This document shows positions 7,609 to 18,100 of a stretch of 28,737 nucleotides of DNA, one piece after another (the first letter of the stretch is position 1; each line of letters begins with the position of its first letter). The stretch is taken from positions 1-28,737 of the IMG/VR virus record IMGVR_UViG_3300033125_000635, one strand, 5' to 3'. The notes under the pieces are model-generated. The model did no database searches and was not told the origin of the DNA. It was given only the letters and a program-made list of their open reading frames with translations. The translations under genes and the position numbers were made by a program. Source of the stretch: a virus. Its lineage: Duplodnaviria > Caudoviricetes.

Positions 7609-8994
7609 ATGCCAGCATATCCATCAGCTCAAGCAAAATATGATATTTCAAATCCAGCATCTTATCCTGGTAGTGGTTCTACAATTTTTGATATTAGCGC
7701 TAATAGTTTTGATATATCATTAAATAATGCAACATATAACTCTGGATCTGGAGTTGTTCCAAGTATAGAATTTACTGGTAACAGCAATAGTTTTGGATAT
7801 TTTAATGGAGCAATAGCTAATATTGTTACATCATCTACAACTGCATTCTCATTTAATGTTTGGATAAAAGCATTTTATGATATTTCTTCTCCTGGATATG
7901 AATGCGCTTGGTCATATGGTAGGGATGGAGGCGGTATTCCATCATTGTGGTTAGATAGAAATGCTAATGATCCTACATATGATGGTGGTAGTTCTAATCC
8001 ACTTATTTCATCAGGTTTTGCAGCTCCAGATGAATGGACACTTTATAGCGTTGTAAATGATGGAACAATAGTTACTCTTTATATTAATGGCGCTTCTTAT
8101 GGTTCTGCATCTACTATTGGAAGAGGAGTAGGATCTCCTCCTAAATTTCTTATAGGCGCATTTGATACTGCTGATTTTATAAATGCATCTTATCCTTGTG
8201 ACTTTGAATTTAACCGTTTAGAGATTCATAATACTGCTTTAACTGGAGCTCAAGTATTAGAATATTACAATGCTACAAAAGGTAGATATCTCTTACCTGA
8301 TCCATTCTTATCATATGATTTTTCCGATCCAGCTTGTTATTCAGGATCAGGAACCACAGTATTTGATTTAACTGCTAATAACAATGATGGTACTATTGCT
8401 GGTCCAACATTTGTATCAGATGGAAGCAAATCATATTTTAACTTTAATGGTGGAACAAATTTAATAACTTCAGCAACTGTACCAACTACTACATTAACAA
8501 ACTTTACTTTAAATGTTTGGTGTTTTCCAGAAAATAGCTCTACTGAAAATGTAGTTTTATCTTTAGGCAATAATGCTCCAGGACAAATTCCATTTATTGA
8601 TTATAGTTTGTTTACTCCTGGTAGATTTTTAATTAGTAATGGATCTGGAGTTGCAACCGTAGAAGCAAGTATAGCTACTCCTATTAATGAATGGTATATG
8701 GTTACATTTACTAAAATAGGAACGCTTGTTGAAATATACATAGATGGTGTAAGCGCAGGAACAGCAAGTGGAACTATTAGTCTTGCAGATCCTTCTCCAC
8801 TTAGACTGGGTGGATACTCTCCTGGTGTTGCTCCTAACTTTGATGGAAGAATAGCTATATTTGAAATATTTGATTCGGGATTAAGTGGATCTCAAGTTGA
8901 TTTATTATATAACCAAGATGCAAATAGATTCCTTCCTCCTCCTGTTTCTAATGGTGTTGGTGGTAGACAATTCGCTCAAGGCTTTAACGGATAA
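7609..8994 (+). CDS. Virion-associated protein with two LamG/concanavalin-like domains
   Basis: Two ~225-aa repeats beginning YDISNPASYPGSGST and YDFSDPACYSGSGTT, each with W...V, LYING/IYIDG and L...QV motifs. Confidence 0.8.
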   Translation: MPAYPSAQAKYDISNPASYPGSGSTIFDISANSFDISLNNATYNSGSGVVPSIEFTGNSNSFGYFNGAIANIVTSSTTAFSFNVWIKAFYDISSPGYECAWSYGRDGGGIPSLWLDRNANDPTYDGGSSNPLISSGFAAPDEWTLYSVVNDGTIVTLYINGASYGSASTIGRGVGSPPKFLIGAFDTADFINASYPCDFEFNRLEIHNTALTGAQVLEYYNATKGRYLLPDPFLSYDFSDPACYSGSGTTVFDLTANNNDGTIAGPTFVSDGSKSYFNFNGGTNLITSATVPTTTLTNFTLNVWCFPENSSTENVVLSLGNNAPGQIPFIDYSLFTPGRFLISNGSGVATVEASIATPINEWYMVTFTKIGTLVEIYIDGVSAGTASGTISLADPSPLRLGGYSPGVAPNFDGRIAIFEIFDSGLSGSQVDLLYNQDANRFLPPPVSNGVGGRQFAQGFNG

Positions 8995-9024
8995 TATTAA
9001 AAGAATAGACCACGGAGATAAAAT

Positions 9025-11634
9025 ATGTTTTATGTATTACAAAACGAAAGTACAGCAGCCTTAAGAAGAGTACCTATTCTTTTAACTGATGCTGCTACTG
9101 GAACAACAGCTCAAACAGGAGTAGCAACTACCAATATATTTCCTTATGTAAATATAAATGGTGGAGCTTTTGCAAGTGGAGCAGGAACAGTAGGAGAAGC
9201 AGGATATGGTCAATATTACTATGAGATGGACTCAACTGAAATAGGAGTATTAGGCTTAGCTGGAGTACATATTACTGCTGTTGGTTGTAGAGATTATGAT
9301 GCTATAGCTCAAATAGCTGCATTTAATGTTTATTCTGCTGCTGCTGGAGCTACTGCTTTTGCTGTTGCTCAAGCTGTTTGGGATTATGATCCTGCATTAT
9401 ATAACCCTACTACTTCTGGTGAATATTTAGCTCAAACAAGAACAGAAGCTTATGCTGCAAGTAATAATACAAATGATATAAGTGGACAAGTATGGAATAC
9501 TGATGTTTCATCATATACATCTCCTTCTGCTGGATATGATTTAACACAAGCTGCAGCGGGTGGTGGAATTACTGCTGGCGATGTTTGGGATTATGTTGGT
9601 GGAAGAACAATCACTGGTGGTATAGCTGATACAGTAACTCTTGTTACATCTCCTGTTGATATTAGTTATCCTTCTATGGCAGGTTTAGCTAATACTATTT
9701 GGTCAACAGATATATCTGCATATGTTTCTCCTTCTGCTGGATATGATCTTACTCAAGCTGCATTAGGTGGTAGTGGTCTTACTGCAGGAGATGTATGGTC
9801 TTATGCAACCAGAACTATTACTGGTGGTATAGCTGATACTGTAACTAATGTAACTAATGGTGTTATTGTTACTACTAATAATGACAAAATTGGATATGCA
9901 TTATCTGGAACACAATCATTCAACCTTACTGGAAATATTACTGGAAACCTAAGTGGAAGTGTTGGAAGTGTTACTGCTGATGTAAACGTTTCAACAACTT
10001 CTATGACTGGTATTGCAGGTACTGTTTGGTCATATGTAACAAGAACATTAACATCTGGTGGTGGAATTACTGCTGGAGATGTTTCAAATGCAGTATGGAA
10101 TGCTCCTGTTGCTTCATACAGTACTAATGGAACCTTTGGTAAAAATGTTCTTAGAGCAGATCAAGCTAATAAAGTAGGAGATGTAACTCTCTATAGTTCT
10201 GGTGGTGTAAATGGTGTTGATGCAGACGTTCATAGAATTGCTAATGATACTGCTGCTGCTACTTCACTTAAGAACATATTGACAGGTGTTAGTGGAGAAA
10301 CAGTTACTGCTAATCTTACTGGAAACGTTACTGGAAACCTTAGTGGTAGTGTTGGTAGTGTAACAAGTCCTGTATCTGTTGCTACTACATCAATGACTGG
10401 TATTGCTGGTACTGTTTGGAATTATGTAACAAGAACATTAACATCAGGAGGTAGTGGACTTACAGCTGGAGATGTATGGGATTACGCAGGTGGTAGAACT
10501 ATTACTGGTGGTACTATTACTACAGTTTCTGATAAAACTGGTTATAGCTTATCTGGTACTCAATCTTTCAACCTTACTGGTAATATTACTGGTAACCTTT
10601 CTGGATCTGTTGGATCTGTGAGTGGAGCTGTAGGATCTGTAACTGGATCTGTTGGATCTGTAACAGGAAGTGTTGGAAGTGTAGTATCAGCTGTATCTCT
10701 TTCAACAGCAACACAAGCTTCTATTGCTAACAGTGTATGGCTTACAGATGTTACAAGTTATGCTGCTCCTTCTGCTGGTGAAGATCTTGCTACAGCTGCA
10801 GTAGGTGGTATATCTCCAGCTGATGTATGGACATATGCAACAAGAACTATTACTGGTGGTATTGCAGATACAGTAACAACTCTTACTAATAAATCTGGAT
10901 TTGCTATTACTGGTGGAACTATTGATGTTGTTAATGACAAAACTGGATATTCATTATCTGGTACTCAAACATTCAATGTAACTGGAAATATTACAGGCAA
11001 TGTAACAGGAAGTGTTGGTAGTGTATCAGGAGCTGTTGGATCAGTAACTGGAAATGTTGGTGGTAACGTAGTTGGAAGTGTTGCAAGTGTAACTAATCCA
11101 GTATCTATTGCTACTGCTTCTATGACAGGTATAGCTGGAACAGTATGGTCATATGGAACAAGAACTCTTACATCAGGAGCAGGTATATCTGCTGGAGATG
11201 TTTGGACATATGATATTAGTGGTATTACTACTTCTGGTTCTGCTGGTAATGCTCTTAATGATGCTGCTGTAAGTGGAAGTGTTGTAACTATTGTAAACGG
11301 TCCATATAGATTGAATTCAACAGCTGAAGGTACTGATGGACGTATTGATATTCTCCAAGGTAGCATACAAACTATTAATCTTAATCTCGTAAATGGATTT
11401 GATCAACCATTCAATGTTACTGGATATAGCTTAAGTGTTGACATTTATGATGTTTCCAGCGCTCTTGTTGAATCATATGTTCCAACTGTAAACTTTGCAA
11501 GTGGTGGAAATATCAGCTTTGATATTGATGGAACAGTAACTGATATTATTGGTACATATACTCTTGTAGTATCTCTTACTAATGGAGATGTTGTTCAAGT
11601 AGGTCCAATAACAATCTTGGTGAGACCTCTCTAA
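9025..11634 (+). CDS. Gly/Thr/Ser/Val-rich repeat protein, probable fibre, with C-terminal Ig-like domain
   Basis: 869 aa; 13 [VI]W-centred repeats, GSVGSV runs and GNITGNLSG repeats; GGAG SD. Confidence 0.65.
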   Translation: MFYVLQNESTAALRRVPILLTDAATGTTAQTGVATTNIFPYVNINGGAFASGAGTVGEAGYGQYYYEMDSTEIGVLGLAGVHITAVGCRDYDAIAQIAAFNVYSAAAGATAFAVAQAVWDYDPALYNPTTSGEYLAQTRTEAYAASNNTNDISGQVWNTDVSSYTSPSAGYDLTQAAAGGGITAGDVWDYVGGRTITGGIADTVTLVTSPVDISYPSMAGLANTIWSTDISAYVSPSAGYDLTQAALGGSGLTAGDVWSYATRTITGGIADTVTNVTNGVIVTTNNDKIGYALSGTQSFNLTGNITGNLSGSVGSVTADVNVSTTSMTGIAGTVWSYVTRTLTSGGGITAGDVSNAVWNAPVASYSTNGTFGKNVLRADQANKVGDVTLYSSGGVNGVDADVHRIANDTAAATSLKNILTGVSGETVTANLTGNVTGNLSGSVGSVTSPVSVATTSMTGIAGTVWNYVTRTLTSGGSGLTAGDVWDYAGGRTITGGTITTVSDKTGYSLSGTQSFNLTGNITGNLSGSVGSVSGAVGSVTGSVGSVTGSVGSVVSAVSLSTATQASIANSVWLTDVTSYAAPSAGEDLATAAVGGISPADVWTYATRTITGGIADTVTTLTNKSGFAITGGTIDVVNDKTGYSLSGTQTFNVTGNITGNVTGSVGSVSGAVGSVTGNVGGNVVGSVASVTNPVSIATASMTGIAGTVWSYGTRTLTSGAGISAGDVWTYDISGITTSGSAGNALNDAAVSGSVVTIVNGPYRLNSTAEGTDGRIDILQGSIQTINLNLVNGFDQPFNVTGYSLSVDIYDVSSALVESYVPTVNFASGGNISFDIDGTVTDIIGTYTLVVSLTNGDVVQVGPITILVRPL

Positions 11635-12020
11635 TGGTATCTGCAAAAGTTCAAATTAAGCTAAACAAAGCTGAACTAACAAAAATCATAAACCAGGCTG
11701 AAAATCTGGTTTATGATGGTTCAGTTTATATGGCAGCAGAAATGAAGAAGAGTATAGCATCAGGAGCAAAAAGTGGTAAGAAATATGGCAATCATACTTC
11801 CTCTGCTCCTGGTCAATCTCCTGCTAATTGGACTGGTAAATTAATAAGAAGTATTAAAGTACAAAAATCTAAAGGTAAAGCATTTGTTTATATTACTGCT
11901 AAATATGCTGAGTTTTTAGAGTTTGGTACATCTAAAATGAGACCGAGACCATTTATCATTCCTGCATTCTTAAAAACTAAAAAGATGATACAAGACAAGC
12001 TTAAAAGGATAGCAAAATAA
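11634..12020 (+). CDS. HK97 gp10-like neck/tail completion protein
   Basis: SAPGQSPANWTGKLIRSI and YAEFLEFGTSKMRPRPFIIPA signatures. Confidence 0.88.
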   Translation: MVSAKVQIKLNKAELTKIINQAENLVYDGSVYMAAEMKKSIASGAKSGKKYGNHTSSAPGQSPANWTGKLIRSIKVQKSKGKAFVYITAKYAEFLEFGTSKMRPRPFIIPAFLKTKKMIQDKLKRIAK

Positions 12021-12496
12021 TGTCATTTGAGCCACTTATAATTCAAAAATGGATCTATGACACTCTTGTTGTGGATAGTACATTACAAACACTTTTAGCT
12101 AATCCTACAGCTCCTAATTATCAACGTGGAATATATAGTGAAATTGCTCCTGAAAAGGATCCAGTTTCACAAATGATACCTCAGTATCCATATGTAGTAT
12201 TCGCTCGTAATGGTAGTGATATTACTGATGAATTTGCCTTATGTGGGAGTAGATATCAAACTATTCCTGTTTATCGCATTACTGTTTGGGATAATAGTAA
12301 TGGAACAATAAGTTATCAGAATCTTTATCCTATAATAAATCGTGTTGACGCTTTGTTATCTGGACAAACTGTTACTGTTTCTGGCATTACTTTTATAAGC
12401 CAGAGATTTGATACTGATCAGCCATACGAAATAGCAGGTGATGGCAGAGTCGATTACGGATTAACTCTATTGTATAGATTTAACACTATAATATAA
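12020..12496 (+). CDS. Putative tail terminator protein (DUF3168-like)
   Basis: IYDTL...L..LL, IYSEIAP, YPYVVF; lies before the tail tube gene. Confidence 0.7.
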   Translation: MSFEPLIIQKWIYDTLVVDSTLQTLLANPTAPNYQRGIYSEIAPEKDPVSQMIPQYPYVVFARNGSDITDEFALCGSRYQTIPVYRITVWDNSNGTISYQNLYPIINRVDALLSGQTVTVSGITFISQRFDTDQPYEIAGDGRVDYGLTLLYRFNTII

Positions 12497-12510
12497 AAGG
12501 AAATAAAATT

Positions 12511-12951
12511 ATGCCACAACCAGTTTTAGTTTCAGAAGCTCTTGTAGAAATCAGTTTTGGATCTGATTCTCAAGCAACAGGCGGAGCAGGAAGTATTCCT
12601 GCAGGTCCAACTGTAAATTATGAATGTCAAGCTAAATCAGTAAAAGCTACTGTTACAGCTCGTACTCAAGATCTTACCACACTTTGTTCAGAAACAGAAG
12701 CTACCTTTACTACAGGTCTTACAGGTACTCTCGATATTGAATTATATATTGATGAAGCTACTGGACCTATTTTTGCATATAAAACAGGCTTCTTATGCAA
12801 AGTTAAGATTACTCCAGGTGGTGGTGGTAGTACTCTTACTTACCAAGGTTTAGTTACTGATAGTTCAGTAACATATACACCAGGTGAAGTTGAAATGGAA
12901 TCAGCAACACTCAAGCTTGGAGCATTTGGATTTACCGCAGTTTACGTTTAA
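12511..12951 (+). CDS. Major tail (tube) protein
   Basis: 146 aa; DLTTL, YQGLVTDSSVT pattern; AAGGA SD; synteny. Confidence 0.75.
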   Translation: MPQPVLVSEALVEISFGSDSQATGGAGSIPAGPTVNYECQAKSVKATVTARTQDLTTLCSETEATFTTGLTGTLDIELYIDEATGPIFAYKTGFLCKVKITPGGGGSTLTYQGLVTDSSVTYTPGEVEMESATLKLGAFGFTAVYV

Positions 12952-12963
12952 TGAAGGAATAGT

Positions 12964-13344
12964 ATGATAAAAGCAATCTCAAAAGTTAAGAAAATAGAAT
13001 TACGTCCATCAGTAAAGATTGATATTTCAGCTTTTACTGGTGAGGAATGTTTTTTGGAATTTAGTGAGCCTACAGCTGCTGCATTATTTCCAGATTCAGA
13101 ACTTTTGAAAACATTAAAAATCAAGTTTCCTAAATATCCTGATGCAATGATTTATCAAGTAGCTTTACTTGCTAAATGTTATGTTATTCAAAAAGATGAT
13201 GGAGATAGTATAAATCTTTATCACGAATTTGGAAATCTTGCAAAAGATAATAAAGAATGTTTTTATCACGTATTAGCTGAATTCCTTAATGCTTATCCTA
13301 CCAGTAATATAGACGATAAGGTAATAGAAGCAAAAAACGACTAA
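12964..13344 (+). CDS. Tail assembly chaperone (lambda G-like)
   Basis: Lies between tail tube and tape measure; ends in slippery heptamer A AAA AAC (13332-13338). Confidence 0.8.
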   Translation: MIKAISKVKKIELRPSVKIDISAFTGEECFLEFSEPTAAALFPDSELLKTLKIKFPKYPDAMIYQVALLAKCYVIQKDDGDSINLYHEFGNLAKDNKECFYHVLAEFLNAYPTSNIDDKVIEAKND

Positions 13345-13523
13345 TCGGATGTTCTGCTCAAGTACTTTACTATTGTGTAATTTATTTAAATAGGCATCCG
13401 GCAGAATTAGATTTAACATTAGATCAAATAGCTGAAATTGCATATGTGGCAAGAGAAAAAGAAAAGGCTGATGCTGAAAATGCATCAGCTATTCTTAAAG
13501 CTTTATTTGGAGCAAGATTATGA
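13336..13523 (+). CDS. -1 frameshift extension of the tail chaperone (lambda GT-like)
   Basis: Open -1 frame RLIGCSAQVLYYCVIYLNRHPAELDLTLDQIAEIAYVAREKEKADAENASAILKALFGARL ending in an ATGA overlap with the tape measure gene; no start codon of its own. Confidence 0.8.
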
Positions 13524-15106
13524 CATTAGCAGAAGCCAACGTATTATTTAAATCAAGCGGAGCAGATAAAGTAAAATCTGACGTAGAAAAAGTTGGATCT
13601 GCTATGCAAAATACTGCTCAAAAGGCAGAAAACTTTTCTGATAGTTTAAAAAGAGTAGCTGAATTTGCAAGTGGAGATGTTTTAGGAGCTGCTATCAGAA
13701 GTATTACTGGTAGTTTATTCAATTTTGGTAAAGAATTATTTCAAGCTGGCATTGCTGCTGAAACAGCAGATGCAAGATTTACAGCATTTGGATTAAATGC
13801 AAAAAATACAAGAAAATTCCTTACCGATGTTGCTGAAACATCATCACTAACTTCTAATCAGCTTCAAACCTTAGCTTTAGGTTTACAACAATCAGGTTTT
13901 AATATTTATGCAGTAATTCCACGATTAGCAAAATGGTCAGATGCTATTGGTGGTGGAAGTGAAAAACTTCAAGGTATGTTGCGTCTTCTTAACTTATTAA
14001 GAAGTGGTGTTAAACCAGATCAAGATTTAATTCAATCTCTTGGATTTTCTGACATTTTAGTTAAATCAGGATTGAAATTTGACCAAGGAAAACTTGTTGG
14101 TAGCATTAGACCTGCTATTGAAGCTGTTTTAAAAGAAATCGACAGAATGACAGGAAAGATATCAGAAAAGATGGGTCAAACTTTCGAAGCAAAGTTAGCA
14201 TCTGTTTATGATGTTTTTGATAAAATGAAAGAAACAGTTGGATTACAACTGATAAATATGGCAAAACCTTGGTTAGATGCAATTAAAATAACATTATCAG
14301 CAGTAGTAAACTCTGGTGTTTTTAAAGATGCAGTTAACGAATTTTTCAAATTTGGTAATAATTTATCAAAAGGATTGGTAAGTGGTTTAACTAATCCTGA
14401 AGTACAAAAAAATATTGCTTCTTTTGTAGGTAACTTGTTAGGTTATTTTTCTAAAATTCCAGAATATTTCTCAATCATAGGACAAATTATTTCAAGAACA
14501 TTTATGTATCTTGCTAAAGAAATCCAACCACTTATAGAAGCTGCTAAACAACCTACTGGACAAAAAGTTATGAAAGTTCTTGGAGATTTATTTATTCCAA
14601 GATGGGTTCCAGATACAGCTACTGATAAAGGTTTGAATTTTAATGATTTAACTAATAAATTAGGAGATGTAACAACTTCAGCAAGATTAAAAGGAGCAGA
14701 ATATTCATCAAGAATAGCTGCTGCATTAGCTAATAATACTTCTGCTATTGTAAAACCTACTGGTCAAGGTTTGTTGCCTGGAGCTACAACTGGATCTGGC
14801 AGAGAAGAATCTTCTGATAAAAAAGAAAAAGATAAAAAACAAAAAAAAGATATTGAAAAACAAGTATCATTATTAGATCTTATTGTTCAAAACACATCAA
14901 AAGCTAATGAATTAACTCTTAGAAATATGACTTATGGTGGTGGTCAGTTAGCTGCTCAAGGTATTTCAGCTGTTCAAATGTCAGGTAATCGTAATGTATC
15001 AAGTCCACAAATCAATGCAAGTAATGATATTGTTCGTGGAGTTGAAAAAATAGTTCGTGGGTATAGCAATTCGAATAATTTGAATTTTAGTTTTAGGAGA
15101 TCTTAA
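13520..15106 (+). CDS. Tape measure protein (short)
   Basis: 528 aa, Ala/Gly/Lys-rich and helical, TFEAKLASVYDVF motif; follows the frameshifted chaperone. Confidence 0.85.
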   Translation: MTLAEANVLFKSSGADKVKSDVEKVGSAMQNTAQKAENFSDSLKRVAEFASGDVLGAAIRSITGSLFNFGKELFQAGIAAETADARFTAFGLNAKNTRKFLTDVAETSSLTSNQLQTLALGLQQSGFNIYAVIPRLAKWSDAIGGGSEKLQGMLRLLNLLRSGVKPDQDLIQSLGFSDILVKSGLKFDQGKLVGSIRPAIEAVLKEIDRMTGKISEKMGQTFEAKLASVYDVFDKMKETVGLQLINMAKPWLDAIKITLSAVVNSGVFKDAVNEFFKFGNNLSKGLVSGLTNPEVQKNIASFVGNLLGYFSKIPEYFSIIGQIISRTFMYLAKEIQPLIEAAKQPTGQKVMKVLGDLFIPRWVPDTATDKGLNFNDLTNKLGDVTTSARLKGAEYSSRIAAALANNTSAIVKPTGQGLLPGATTGSGREESSDKKEKDKKQKKDIEKQVSLLDLIVQNTSKANELTLRNMTYGGGQLAAQGISAVQMSGNRNVSSPQINASNDIVRGVEKIVRGYSNSNNLNFSFRRS

Positions 15107-18100
15107 TGCCAACAGGATTAGAAGAACTTGATCTTAAAGTTTATATAGATTATCCACAACAAAGACAAAATAGACGTGGTCCATTTGTATTTGCAACTGA
15201 TGGTACACAAGTTGATGCTGGAACTAAAGTAAACTGTATTATTGATCCTGTAACATTAAGTGTATTTGGTACTCCGCTACCAATGACTAATGAATGGAAA
15301 GCTAACTTTGCAAATAATTACGCAAGATATGCTAAAACTGATTTCACTTTTGTAAATGCAATTAAGTGGAGACAATACACTTATTATGGCAATGGTGATT
15401 ATTATATAATCTCCAACTCAGAACTCTCTGCTGATCAACAATCTCCTGTTGAATTAACTGGTGGTGTATCAAGAAATGAGCCACTATTCTTTTCATTCTC
15501 TAAATTACAAAAGAAAAATAGCGATACAAAAGCATTATTAACTTTATCTTGGGATAATAACGACAATAAAGATAAAAATACAAAGTTAGTATTTAATGCT
15601 GATGGCTCTTGTGATGTTTATCGTGGTTTTGTTCCTTTATCAGGAACTATTATTGCTCAAACAACAGGAACAGCTATAACTGGAATTGGTAGTAAATTCT
15701 TAACTCAATTCTTACCTGGTAATAAAGTTTATGATGTTTATGGAAGATTGCTTGGTACAGTTGCAACAGTTACTAATGATCTTTTAATGAGTTTATCAGC
15801 AAACTCTGCATTTGATTTTGTTGGTTCTTATAGCAAAGGTAATCCATTAAAGGTACAAAGTTATTCTCGTACTGAAAGCAATTATTCTCAAGGTAGACCA
15901 ATTTCTACAATTGCTAATCCTAATGACCAATACAATGATGTTTACATTATTCCTATGCGTGGAAGAGACTTATTAGTATTAACATCTTATGGACTTAATT
16001 TTTGCCATTCATTCTCTGATTTAAATGTTCCTGATCCACCTGCTAACGTAAATGTATATAACGATGATGGTCCAGTATTTACTTCAACTAATGTGAGTTC
16101 TGTTCCTATTATTCTTCCAGATGGTAAATTTACTATTACTATCAATCAAGGAAAGGTTGGATTTCAGTTAGCTAAATTATATTTTAGATCTAACTGGAGT
16201 ATTGAATCTCAAATTATAACTACTCCACAAGCTCCACCACCAACAAAATCCAATCTTACTGGTGGAATAACTGTTAGTCAAGGTTCAACAACAATAACTG
16301 GTACTGGTACATTATTTACATCAGAAGTAGCTGTTGGAGATAGAATTTCCTATACAATTGATACTGTTGGAAGTATTATATTAGGAACAGTTGCTACTGT
16401 TACTAACGATACATCTTTAGAATTATTTGATCCATCTCAATATAAAATTACTAATAATACTTATTTTGTTGAACGGAAGTTATCAGGTACTTTATCTTTT
16501 ACTCAAGGAAATACAGCTGTAACAGGTTCTGGAACTTTATTTTCTTCTGAATTAGCAAAAGATGATTATCTCTATGACAATAATAATAATTTTATTGGAA
16601 TAGTAGATACTATAGCGAGTAATACATCTTTAGCATTAGTTAGCGGTTCAAATATAACAGGTGTAAATCAAACTCCTATATGGAAAAATATTAATCTTTA
16701 TTTCACAAGATTTATAAATATACAAAGTGAATTTTATGGTCAAGTTCTAACTACATCAATTGATACTGTATCGTTGCAAGCTGAAGTAATAGATATTGCT
16801 GGCAATACTGATCCATATAATAACAAAAAAACACAATTCAAAATTAAAATATCTCAAACTTGTTCAGATCCATCATTAGTTGCTTCTACTGATTTTGGTA
16901 ATGCATTTTATTCTGTAGATCTAATTGCTTATTTGAAAAATGAATCAACTTCTAATTCAAGTGTAGATATTAAATCTGCATTAGAATCGTTTAGTTTATC
17001 AAGAAATGAAACTGGTGAATTGACACTAAATATGTCAGCAAGAAAACAACTATTAGAAGATTTAGGAGTTGTAAAACCTGAGATTATTTCTAATAGACCA
17101 ATTAAAGTAGATTTATTACCAAGATATCCAGCATTACTTACTGGACTAATAAGTTTCTATGGTACTGAAATAATTTATGGACAAGATACATTATTTACAA
17201 CTGAAGTAAATATTGGAGATACACTTTATCTTAATAATGGAACACCTATAGGTATTGTTAGTTACATTGTTGATGACACTGAGTTAGGTTTATTATCTAA
17301 CTTTATTGGTGGTACATCAGAATATAATGAATATACAGCCACACCATTATATGAAGCAATCACATTATTTGAGGGATATTTAGATTCTCCTGAAATTGAA
17401 TATATTTATGGTGAAAACTATGATAAATACAGTTTGCTTACATTCTCAGCAATAGATAAAAAACAACATTTAAATACTGCTTATTTAAGTATTGCTCCTA
17501 ACTTTGATAGCATTCCATTAGAAGATGCTATGATACAATCAATTAATTTAGCAGGATTAGCTGGAAATAATTACAATGTACCAACAATGTTTATTGATCC
17601 AACTATTACTACATATCAAGTTCCAGTTAACAGAAATAATAGCAATGGACAATATAATTTTGTTATTAATCTTGGAGATACTTCTGGTGGTTTTATTGAA
17701 AAACTAAGATCTGATTATGCTCAAAACTTTACATTTTTTAGTAAAGGACAATGGAATCCATTAGAACTTACTCAAGATGGTTGGTTATTTTCAACAGTAT
17801 TTAAACTAAAAGATTTGGATTATATTCTTGCTGAAGCTCCATTTGTATCACTATATCTAAATGAAACATCAGCTCAAGATGATGGTGGTATTCCAATTTA
17901 TGAATCTTACAAAAGAACAATTCGTAAGATGTCTAAAACTTATGAAACACCAGAAGCTAATAGAATTATCATTGTCGGTTTAGATAAATCAGATGGATCA
18001 AGAATAGAATATCTCAAAGATGATGAAGCATCTCAAAATCCAGAAACTTATCCTGTAAATAGACCTGATAACTGGTTAGGTGACATTTATCCATTTGTAA

